DNA from: Somniosus microcephalus
Taxonomy: Eukaryota
Assembly (NCBI GenBank): GCA_052327205.1
Contig: CM126208.1
Coordinates: 63,054,001 to 63,118,000 of the forward strand
Direction: 5' to 3'
Length of the DNA: 64,000 nucleotides
Below the pieces are notes generated by a model that was given only the letters and a program-made list of their open reading frames with translations, was not told where the DNA came from and did not search any database. Positions 50,396-60,989 of this stretch are shown here, piece by piece; position 1 is the stretch's first letter; each line of letters opens with the position of its first letter. Both the position numbers and the translations under genes were made by a program.

Positions 50396-51670
50396 GCCCC
50401 TCAGGAGAGTACAGTCTAGAGCAAATCCATGGCACTGTGGGGTGAAGGACTGCACAGGGAGGCACAATAAAGTGCAGAAATGCAGTTGTCATAGGGATTC
50501 AATAGTTAGGGGAACAGATAAGCATTTCTCCAACTGCCAACATGAGTCTCGCATGGTGTGTTGCCTCCCTGGTGTCAGGGTAAAGGATGTTATGGAACAG
50601 ATGCAGAACATTCTGCAAGGGAAAGGGGAACAGCTAGAAGTCATGTTGGAATTAATGACATAAGAATGAAAAGGGCTGAGGTCCTGCAGTCAGAGTTTCA
50701 GGAGTTAGGGAGGGAGTTAAAGAGCAGAACCTCAAAGGTGGTAATTTCTGGATTATTCCCAGTGCCACATGCCAGTGAGTATAGAAACAGTAAAATAAAG
50801 CAGGTTAATGTGTGGCTGGAGAAATGCAGGAGGGAGGGGTTCAGATTCCTGGGGCATTGGGACCAGTTAAGGGAGAGGAGGGTCCTGTACCAGGTGAATG
50901 TGTTGCACCTCAACAGGGCTGGACCAATGTCCTTATGAGGAGGTTAACTAGTACTGTGGGGGAGGGTTTAAACTAATTTGGCAGCTAGAGTGGCACTAGG
51001 ATGGAGCATTAAAAAGGAGAAACAAGGTGCACATAGGACTGGAAGAGACAAATAGCATTAGAATAAAGGGTAGTTCAGAAATAGGAGGGATCAAACAGGG
51101 GGGAAATTTGAGGTAGACTAGGATGGGATTGGAGAGCATGTGCGTAAATGCACAGAGGGTGGTAAATAAAGTTGGTCAGCTGCAGGTACAAATTGCTGCA
51201 TGGTGGCAATAATGGAGACCTGGCTCAAACAAGGGGAGGATTGGTTATTTAATATTCCTGGCTACAAAGTATTCAGGAAAGATAGGGAAGGAAAAAAAGA
51301 GGGTAGAGTGGCAGTATTGATGAAAGATACAGTAATGGAAAGGGATTATGTACTTGAGGGTTCAAAGACAGAATCTATTTGGTTAGAAATAAGGAACAAT
51401 AGAGGAGCTATTATGCTGCAGGGTATATACTATAGGCCACTAAATAGCAGGAAGGAGATAAAGGAGAAAAATTTGCAGGCAAATTTCAGAAAGATGCAAG
51501 AACTATAGAGTAGTGATAATGGGGGACTTCAATTATCCTAATATAGACTTGGAAAATAACAGTGTAAGGGCAAAGAGGGAGAGGAATTCCTGAAATGTGT
51601 ACAAGAGAACTTTCTTGAGCAATATGTATCCAGCCCAATGAGGAAGGAAGCAGTGTTGGATCTAGTTCTT
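50396..51670 (+). mobile_element. Older CR1: ORF1 esterase and ORF2 endonuclease, degenerate
   Basis: DSIVRG, CCLPGVRVKD, HVGIND, AIMETWL, YRP motifs; a further degenerate ORF2 piece at ~52640-53080. Confidence 0.85.
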
Positions 51671-52303
51671 CACTTTAACCTCAACTCCGCTTCAAGGAAC
51701 TGTCTGGGGTTTACCACCCAGTCTATGCCTAGGAGCTAATGATGCCTAAATGTGGCTCATCAAGCTGTTTTACATCAACCAGTTCAGATTATATTAGCAG
51801 TTACACTACCAACCACCCATCAGGATCCGCACAAGCAACTGAATGTATGAATTAACCCTTTCTTGCCAATGATGCTGTCTTAAATCTTACTTCACTTGCT
51901 CAAGAAACATTGTTCATTTAAGTGACACTTATAATCTGCCTGTATCTGTCTGGTATATCCGTACAATCTTAATTTCTGGAACTTTTCTCCCTGTCGTTCC
52001 AGTTTTAGAGAGACATTTTTCTACGTATACTAGACAAAGAAATCCTACACCTTCTGCTACAAAGACTACTACAAGAACTATTAAAAGAACTAGAATTAAA
52101 CTGAGGACTTTAGTGTCTAAAACACCATCTTGTACATCCTTAATTTCCAAAGAAACCTTTCAATTCTAAGTGACACCTGTTAGAAGAGTTCTGCCCATGT
52201 TATCATCCCTGATGACCTCCAATGGTGACAGAATAAGTAAATTCAATTAAAGAGAAGGAAACTATTCCTGTTCCTGGGACTAGGGACAGGGTCACTGGCA
52301 AGG

Positions 52304-52375
52304 CTTGGAAGCTAAGCAGAGCCAGGCCTGGTTAGTACCTGGAGGGGTGACCATCAGGGAAAGACCAGGTGTAGA
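52304..52375 (+). pseudogene. 5S rRNA-derived segment (3' two-thirds, including the internal control region)
   Basis: GGAAGCTAAGCAG...GGCCTGGTTAGTACCTGGA.GGG.GACC matches vertebrate 5S box A/IE/box C with substitutions. Confidence 0.8.
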
Positions 52376-52519
52376 AGGTCACGGAAGGAGCCCCGAGGAG
52401 GGGCGGTTGGTGAGCAGGCCCGGGCGTTGGGCTGAAGATTGTCGGAATGGTGGAAATGGAATGGCGGCGCGCACAGATGCAGCGGCTTTGCTTCTCCCAG
52501 GACAGTGCTATTTACGTTT

Positions 52520-52634
52520 AATGTTAATGTTATTTGTACTGGACTCATGGGAGCTTGCAAGATCACATTTCGTTGTTCATGTACTTGTGCATTGTACAAT
52601 GACAATAAAGTTGAATTATTATTATTAGTAGTAG
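52520..52634 (+). mobile_element. LINE-type 3' tail (Rex/Babar-like)
   Basis: ATTTCGTTGT...GTACAATGACAATAAAG followed by (TTA)n/(TAG)n. Confidence 0.55.
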
Positions 52635-53460
52635 TTTCAGCATGCTGTGGATAAATGGAGTTTAGAAATCAATTAAAATTAAAGAAGAGGGCCCATGGGG
52701 ACTATAAAATAATAATTATAAAACTCAGGGAGAAGAGATTAAGAGAGGGCTAAGGAAAGCTTATGAGGGGGGAAAAAATCATAAAACAGCAAAAGGAACA
52801 GTAAAGTATTTTGCAAGTATATGAGTAAAAAAGAGAATTGTTAAAAGTGAGTTGGGACCCTTGAGATTTGTAGATGATGATCAAAAAATGGCAGAGGTAT
52901 TTAAGTTATTTGCATCGGCCTTTATTAAAGAGAACAATATCAGAGAGGAGGTGAATCCTTAAGTGGTTGAGAGCAACTGAGAAATATTATATGAATAAAA
53001 GGAACATTTTAGATAAGTTAATTTGGCTAAAGGAAGACAAAGCACCAGGGCTAGGATACTGAGGGAGATGAGTGAAGAGATTGCCTTGACCAGGTGTGTG
53101 AATCAGGTGGGGGTGGGGGGTGGTGAGGCGAGCACTAAAACCCCCTGACCTCGGCAACATGAGGCCTGGGTGATTTTAGCTCCTGGACCTCACCTGCATG
53201 CTTCAGGTTTACTGCCCACGCAAAACCTGTTTGTGTCTCTTTTGGTTCCGAGTCCGCTTCCCAGTGTCTTCACTTAGCAGAAAAGCCACGATAGCTTGCC
53301 TGCTCAGGTCAGAATTAAAATTGCAATCAGGGCCTGATGACATCATCAAAGACTGATCTGCATATTTAAGGAAGGAGCCCACTGGCTTCAGGTGAGTGCC
53401 CTTGCCGCCTGCACAGAACAACAGCCTAAAACAAATCCACAGGCCCACGTACAGCTATCT

Positions 53461-53745
53461 AAGAAAGACTTGCATTTATATAGCACCTTTCATGAGCACC
53501 AGATGTCCCAAACTGCTTTAAAGCCAATGAAGTACTTTTTGAAGTGTAGGAAATACAGCAGCCAATTTGCGCACAGCAAGGTCCCACAAACAGCAATGTG
53601 ATAATAACCAGATATTCTGTTTTAAGCGATGTTGATTGAAGGATAAATATTGACCAGGACTATGGGGTCAGGAGAACTCCCCTGCTCTTCTTCGAAATAG
53701 TGCCATGGGATCTTTTACGTCTACCTGAGAGGGCAAATGGGATCT
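53461..53745 (-). mobile_element. Deu-domain SINE, partial
   Basis: Matches the 3' part of the family. Confidence 0.8.
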
Positions 53746-54235
53746 CTCTTACCTCATATCTCAGCATGGAGCCTCTCAGCATCCCTGACTGACTATAGAG
53801 TGAGATGCCTCCGTGTCTGACTGTTCCAAGCTGCCTTTTCTAGAGTGAGAGAAAATAAAGACTATCCTCTGGCTTCTCCTTCAACTCATTAAGGATTGGC
53901 TGGCTAAGCTGCCAATTGAAGTTGCCACGTTGAATGAAATAGTGGCCCTTTGATGTGAAAGTTCATTAACATTGGTATTGTCCATTTAGCTAAGCCCCCC
54001 TGCTAGCACAGTGAATGAAAATCCATTCTAGCGTCAGGTTGTGAATTGCTCTGGGAGGTATTAAACAGCTCCCCTTTGTCTCAAAGCTAATGTGACCTGC
54101 AAAAAAACACAATTAGATGGCTGTTCCATCTAGAATTCTACGTAAAAATCATAAATGGCTTGTATAGCTCTGGGAATTAAACTTTTGTAAACTGAACCTA
54201 AATTTATATCAATAACTAACCAAAATCCTTTCTAC

Positions 54236-54416
54236 AAAAGCAAAATACTGCAGAAGCTGGAAATCAGAAATAAAAACAGCAAATTCTGGAAATACTCAGC
54301 AGCTCAGGCACTATCTGTAGAGCGAGAAACAGCAGTTCTGAGGAAAGGTCATCGACCTGAAACGTTAACTCTGTTTCTCTCTCCACAGATGCTGCCTGAC
54401 CTGCTGAGTATTTCCA
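54236..54416 (+). mobile_element. Second Penelope-derived inverted-repeat element with a hammerhead
   Basis: Same architecture as 30912-31102; CTGAGGA-AAGGTCATCGACCT-GAAACGTT from 54338. Confidence 0.8.
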
Positions 54417-55321
54417 AAGTCCCTTCTAGGTTAAATAGGTTAAAAATGTTACTTTACCCAAAATCCAAAGTGGAAAAGGAATGAAAGAGAGATTAGATAT
54501 TAGGGACACTCGTATTCTCAGCATCAACATATCTAAAAGTGTTCCAATTGAGGGACCCACCCCAAATCATAAACGTCTCTTTCTTTTGCAGATGCTGACA
54601 AACTACTGAGAATTCACTGCATTTTCCATTTTTATATCTGAAAGACAAATGCCCTGATATAAATTGTGGAACTCACACGGTTTATACCACAGGCATATTC
54701 GGAGACCAGCAATAAACAAACCCTGTGACAGCTGTTATGTCGGGGCTGCAGTCCATACAAACTGCCTGGTGGTGGTGCAATTGGCTAAATCAACCTTTAA
54801 CAAGCTTAATGCCACCACCATCAGGTAGCTGGAGTGTGCATGAAGAATTCGAGGCCAAGGCAAAATAGCTTTTTTTTATTACAACAAAATCCAATGGCTA
54901 TAAACTACTTTTTTCCTTTTAATTTTTTAATAAGTTTTTTTGTGCTCATTAAAGTGAAAGATGTTGGAATGGGACACTTTTAGTCCACCTAGTGTCACCA
55001 CCAAGCACTGCCAGGTCAGTTATAGCACAGTTAGATGCAGAACAACACCATTCTGCCCCAACATCATGCCCAGCACAAACCCCAGAGAAACAACCAGTAT
55101 CAACCATTGACCTATTTGAGTAGCAATTCCAGTTAGTGCCCTATGAGCAGCAGCTTTGTGTTATAGGCCATTGACAACTATGAAGCCTCCCTCGAGTCGA
55201 GCTACAGGCCAGAGAATTATGGCTGCAGTGTTGTAGCCCTATCTCGAACCTATGCTCCCATCCAGTGATACTTCTCTGGATAGTGGAATCTCCCTTTGAT
55301 TGCGACTGCACTTTGATTGTA

Positions 55322-55777
55322 GTCAGCCTGGGTTCAGTGGGTAGTACTTCCGCCTCTCAGGCAGAAGGTCGTAGATTCAAGTCCCATTCCAGAGACTTCA
55401 ACACATAATCTAGGCTGGCATGTTAGTGCAGCACTGAGGTAGAGCGGCACTGTCAGAGGAGCTGTCTTTCAGATGTGATGTTGAACTGAGGCTCCAACTG
55501 CCCTCTCAAGTGAACGTAAAAAATCCCACAGCACTTTTCAAAGAAGAGCATGGGAGTTCTCCTGGCCAATATTTATCCCTCAATCAATATCACTAAAAAA
55601 TAGATTATCTGGTTATTATCACATTGCTGTTTGTGGGACCTTGCTGTGTGCAAATTGGCTGCGTGTTTCCCTACATTACAACAGTGACTAAACTTCCAAA
55701 GTACTTCACTGACTGTGAAGTGCTTTGGGATGTCCTGAAGTCGTGAAAGTCACTATATAAATGCAAGTTCTTTCTTT
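55322..55777 (+). mobile_element. Deu-domain SINE, full length
   Basis: Same family as 39046-39505. Confidence 0.88.
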
Positions 55778-56977
55778 GCCCAAACTCATTTCACAGAGGA
55801 CCTTTAAACAGACAGAGAAAACTTTCATCCTGTTAGTCTGGTCTATATTTGAGCTCAGGTCCCAGATCAAACCCCTTGCATCTCCCAGCCTACTTTTTTT
55901 TCCCCAACAAAAATTAAATTATGTTTGAAGAAATTACTGCAAGTGATTGCTGACTTCTCAGCTTTCAGAAAAATTGCAAAATGGTACTTTGTTACCACTA
56001 AAATATCTGGCTCAACGTAATGGAAATGTTGAAAATCTGAAATTAAAGGTGAAAATCCAGGAAATATACAGCATCTGAAAAAAGGTTACTATTTCAGGTC
56101 ATGACCCTTCACTTGGGATGGCATTTCTTTAAAAGAGCCAAGCCGATTGATCAGGCAGAAACTTCCCCTTCTGAAGCCTTGTTGGCTGCTGTTTCATCGG
56201 TTATTATCGTAACTAATTCTTGGGTTTATGCTTGGAAGAGTGCAATTTGCTGAGTGTGAGAGGCTGCGAGGTTTTAGGTCCATATAAATTAGTGTGCAAG
56301 TTAAAGAGTGACACTGAATGAAAGATGTGAAAAGGGAAGGGGATAAAGGGAGAGTGCAGAAGAGAAGCCAAGGAGGAAAAATTTGAAGATAAGCTCGTGA
56401 ATTTTTTTCTTTGGTCAGTCTGATATACGTAGAAATCCATCACAATATTTAAGAGTCTCCAAACCTGGCTACTGAGAAATGTACACAATTTCTGTTTGCT
56501 CAGCCTGATGTATGAACTTTCCTCTGTAGGGACACACCCTACCTACCCACGTCCAGAGAGCTTAAGCACAGGTTAGCAGATCAGAGGTATAGGGACCTCC
56601 AAGTATACACAGGAGTACAACTAGGCCTAGAATTTCAGTATAGCCAGTTTTGGGGCGCTAACGTTAGCGCCCGCCCGAAGTTAGCGCCCGCCCCAAAGTT
56701 GCGCCCTCTTGCCGGAAATTCAGTCGCTTCGCCCTAAGAGGTTGCTGGAGCGCTAAAAGAGGCGTTCCACTACTATCTTTAGGCGCTAAGCCGGCGGTGC
56801 AGAGGGATAGCGCCGAGGCGGGGCGCAGCACGGGTGCGGTCATTTTTTGATTGACAGCAGACCCCGTGGCGCCGACCAGCTCTTAAAGGGGGAAGGGACG
56901 ATTTGGTCTGCTGCCACGCCCTGCACACTGCAGCTTTGCAAATAGGCCTCAACACTGCTGCTCAGCCCCAGGGAGTC

Positions 56978-58885
56978 ATGGCAATGCCAGAGAAGGCCCG
57001 TGAGCGTGCCCTGCGCTTCTCAGAGCGTGATCTGGGAATAATGGTGACAGCTCTGGAGAAGAGGCGCAGGATCTTGTTCCCAGAGACTGGGAGGAATCCG
57101 ACCCACCAAGAATACACCAGAGCCTGGAAGCAGATCGCCAACAGGGTGACGGTCACCGGCAGTGCCCCCAGGACCCACACCCAATGTCGGAAAAAATACA
57201 ACGACCTGACCAGGATTGTCAGGGTGAGTACCCTTTCCAGTCTCCTCCTCATTCTTGCATGTACACCTGACATGATGGGCAAAGGGAGCTGAAAGGCCTA
57301 ATGGCCCGCCCTCAGCCAGCAGCTTTGGGACAGTCATGAGCATCAATTGCCCATTCTGCACTCTACACTCTGGCCAAGCTATTCCGCCATGGGAGGCAGT
57401 GCACAGTACATCAGGGCTACACTCTGGCCAAGCTATTCCACCATGGGAGGCAGTGCACACTACATCAGGGCTACACTCCGTACTTACAGCCCGTCCTTTC
57501 TCTTGCAGGCTAAACTTGCCAATAATCGCCAGGCCCGTGCCAGGACCAGGGGAGGCCACGCCAAGCTGCAGAAGCTCACTCCCCTGGAGGAGCGCGTGAA
57601 TGGGCTCATGGGAGCCCGGCTGATCGTGCCCACAGTGTGCGGAGTAGCCGACCCTCCACTGCCCAGCAATGGTAAGGACCTCGCCTTTTGGCCCTCTCGC
57701 GTCGCACTTGCGCATCCGAGCTACCTCCTTTGCCACTGTCCCACCAATGCGCTGAATGCCACCAGTCCTGACTCCCTCACTGACGCCGTCTCCTCACTCT
57801 GAAGCTACTCTTGTGCATTCCTGCTTTCAGCTGGTGACGACCAGGTCCCTGAAGCTGCCAGTGACAGCCCCTCCGAGCAGGAGGAGGAGGAGGAGGAGGA
57901 GGAGCAAGAGCAAGCCGGACCATCAGGGGAACACTCAGGTCCCGCAGGAGAGGACGAAATGATTGACACGTCCTCACTGGACGAGTGCCTGGACCAACTG
58001 TCGCAGGGGATTGCAGCTGCTGGGACCAGTGGCGTCCAGCCACCCAGGAGCCCTGCGCGTGGGCCGCAGCCTTCCCCCCAAAGGGGGGAAGGATCAGAGG
58101 GGAGTGCAGTTGATCGGGACACTCGCCGCCACCAACGTGGCAAGGTTCCCCTAGTTCGGTCCCCTGCTCCCCAGCGGGAGAGTCCCGACTCCAGTCCGGC
58201 CACCTTCACCTCGGAGGAGGCGCGGAAGCTGGACAAGATGGCCGAGGATTCGGACCGGCGCCACACGGAGCTCATGCGCGTGGTGGGGCGCATGCCTGAG
58301 GCCATCGAGTCGCTGGCGACCAGTGTGCGTGAGTTCGGGGCATCAACTGCCGCGAGTGGCCGCATGCTCACTGATGCCGTCAAGTCCCTGGCGGGTGTGA
58401 TGCGGGCGCACACCAGGACAACAGGGGCACTCACTGCTGCCACACGCGCTGTCTCAGGCAGGCATCGCCAGGGCACCTGCCGCGCTGCAGCATCCCAGCG
58501 AGCCGCCCCTCGGCTGATTGGTGCGGATCCTGCAGTGCGGGCCCGGCTGAGTGCCAGCGCGCCACAGCACCAGCCAGCGCATCCCAGACGCCAGCTTGCC
58601 CACATTGCACCATCCGTCGCCGCCACTCCCCCACTGGGGCGTCAAGGGCAAGCGGCTGGAGCTGATGGTGGCCAGGCTCAGGCGCGCCACTCAGCAGCCG
58701 GCCCCTCGAGGCCCAAAGGCCGTGTAGGCCGCCCCCCAATGGCATCTGGCGGAAGGACATCTGAGCCTCAGGCGCCTTCCCCCAGCCTCGCAGCAGCCAC
58801 TGGGCAGAGCTTGCGAAGGAGCAGCAGGCCGGGCAGGGGAGGCAAAAGGCTGGACAAGGTCTCGCCCTCGCGGGCCACTCAGTAG
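56978..58885 (+). CDS. Harbinger Myb/SANT-like DNA-binding protein; exons 56978-57223, 57509-57671, 57831-58885 (487 aa)
   Basis: RFSERDL...AWKQIA...RTHTQCRKKYNDL domain; GT-AG introns (GTGAGT/TTGCAG, GTAAGG/TTTCAG) with matching phases give one open frame. Confidence 0.85.
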
Positions 58886-59249
58886 AGGGTGTGGCCAGCT
58901 TTCGTTTTATATGGCGGTGGCCATCTTTCTTTTGCCCATGGTTGTTTGGTTCGTGGGCTTATTTTTTGCGTTAAGGCCGAGGTTGAGGCCAGGTTTGTAC
59001 AAATGTGGAGTTACTCCTCCCCAGTTTGTGGGAGTGAGTCGTTTGTTGGGCTTTTTGTGGGGCCCATTGATTGTTTTTGGGGATTCATGTGGGAAGGGGT
59101 TTCCATTTTTGTGTAATAAATAATTATCTTTATTCATAGAGTCTCCATGGTTGTTCTTGTTAGTGTTTGTTGGCTTCGCCGGCTGAGGGCTTGCGGAGCG
59201 GCTGCATTCATCTTCCCTCATGGCCACAAGGCATTCCCTGACAGGGGGC

Positions 59250-60395
59250 TTAGAAGTAATGTGTAATAAGGTGGCGTCGCGCGGCCCTTGGCCCTGGTCG
59301 CTCCCTCCTGGGAACGTACTCCTGCTCCTCCTCCCCCTCCTCCTGCTCCTCCTGCTCCTCCTCCTGAGGTGGTGGTCCAACGTCAGGTGGCAGTGCCTGA
59401 GTCCTGCGGATAGCCAGGTTGTGTAGCATGCAGCAAACTACCACAAATTGGGAGACCCGGTCCGGCGAATACTGCAGAGATCCTCCGGAGCGATCAAGGC
59501 AGCGGAACCGCTGCTTGAGGACCCCAATAGTTTGCTCGATGATGTTGCGGGTGGTTTGATGGCTCTCGTTGTATGCCTCTTCAGCAGCGGTCCTGGGCGC
59601 GCGGAGCGGGGTCATGAGCCAGGTACACAAAGGATAGCCTTTGTCCCCGATGAGCCATCCTCTTGGGGGAGGCTGTGCCTCGAACATGTCATGCACAGTA
59701 CTCTGCCGCAGGATAAACGCATCGTGGCTGCTGCCTGGAAAGCTGGCATTGACAGCCATGATGCGCTGCTTGTGGTCACACACCAGCTGCACATTCAGAG
59801 AATGGTAGCCCTTCCTGTTGCGATACTGCTCGCCATGCTCCAGAGGGGCCCGCAAAGCCACATGCGTACAGTCAATGGTGCCCTGCACCAAGGGGAAGGC
59901 CGCGAGTCTTGCAAATCCCAATGGCTGATGCTGGCTCTCCAGGGCCATGGGGAAGGAGATGAATTGGCGTCTCCTTCTGAACAGTGCTTCGGTCACCTGG
60001 CGGATGCAGCGATGCGCGCCGTACTGGGAGATGTTAGCTATGTCCCCAGCAGCGGATTGGAAGGAGCCGGTGGCATAGAAGTTCAATGCCACCGTCACCT
60101 TCACTTCCACCGACAGAGACGTCCTGCACCTGAGCTTTGGACGCAGATCTCTGCGAAGCAGGTGGCAGATCTCTGCAACCACCTCCTTTCGGAATCAGAG
60201 CCTTCTAACACATCGCGCGCCAGTCATGTTGAGGTAGGAGCGCTGCTGGCGGTATAGCCTGACTGGGTAAGGCCTACGTGGCCGACGCCTGTTGCCCCCT
60301 CTGCCTCTAGCCAGGGCTGCCCCTCTCACAATGCGTCTGCGAGCCCTACGGACATGGCGCTGCAGCTCCGCGTTGGCACCCCATGCAACCCCCAT
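59250..60395 (-). pseudogene. Harbinger (HARBI1-like) DDE transposase with one in-frame TGA at 60197-60195
   Basis: GTIDCTH, NRKGYHSLNVQ, GSSHDAF, LIGDKGYP, IIEQTIGVLKQRFRCL; upstream ORF 60195-60416 is in the same frame (RRL*FRKEV). Confidence 0.93.
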
Positions 60396-60989
60396 CAAAT
60401 CCTGGCAAACAGTCAAATTTCCAAAAGGCCACTTGCAGCGCTCTGGCCTGAGTCCAAAAATACCTGAGCTGTTGCTGCTTGAAACCAGTTAGCTATCCTC
60501 CTTGTTGTGTGTCCAGAAATGCGTTGCACAAGAGTGTTTGCTGCAAAATGGCTGGCCTTTATACTGGAGGGTACGTCCCCTTTAATTTGCGCCCCCCGGG
60601 GCCCGCGCTGGCTGTGTTGCGTTCCCTTTTTCAAACGCTCCGGCCGCCAGCCGCACAATGGGGCGGTCCGACTGAAGTTTGAAATCGGGGCTGCCAAAGG
60701 GCGTTGCACGAGGATGTGACGTCATTTTCTGTGCGCACATCCGGGCGGGCGCTAAACTTTGCGCCGGCGCTAACGGCCAACTTAATTTGGGCGAGGCGCA
60801 AACTGCGCTGCGCCCGGGCGCAACACGCATAGCGCCCGACATTCACTTTTCTTTAGACGCTAACTGCTGGCGCAACCAACTGAATTTCTAGGCCCTAGTG
60901 TTTAACCAGATAAAACCATGGAGCCTATTAGCACTGACCAAATCCTCACCCTCAATGACTTCAGTATCACCCTCACTTGCAACTGCTTC

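Larger units (their letters stand above)
56624..60894. mobile_element. Complete PIF/Harbinger DNA transposon
   Basis: TIRs GGCCTAGAATTTCAGT / ACTGAATTTCTAGGCC (1 mismatch in 16), CTA on both flanks, convergent Myb-like and DDE transposase genes. Confidence 0.95.

Noticed and set aside
52304-52375. Functional 5S rRNA gene
   Set aside because: The 5' third is missing, there are many substitutions, and there is no oligo-T terminator or array
57805-60257. Long antisense ORFs 57805-58626 and 59448-60257
   Set aside because: Shadows of GC-rich coding sequence on the opposite strand
59250-60395. Domesticated host HARBI1 gene
   Set aside because: It sits inside TIRs/TSD with a Myb partner and has a nonsense codon, so it is a transposon copy
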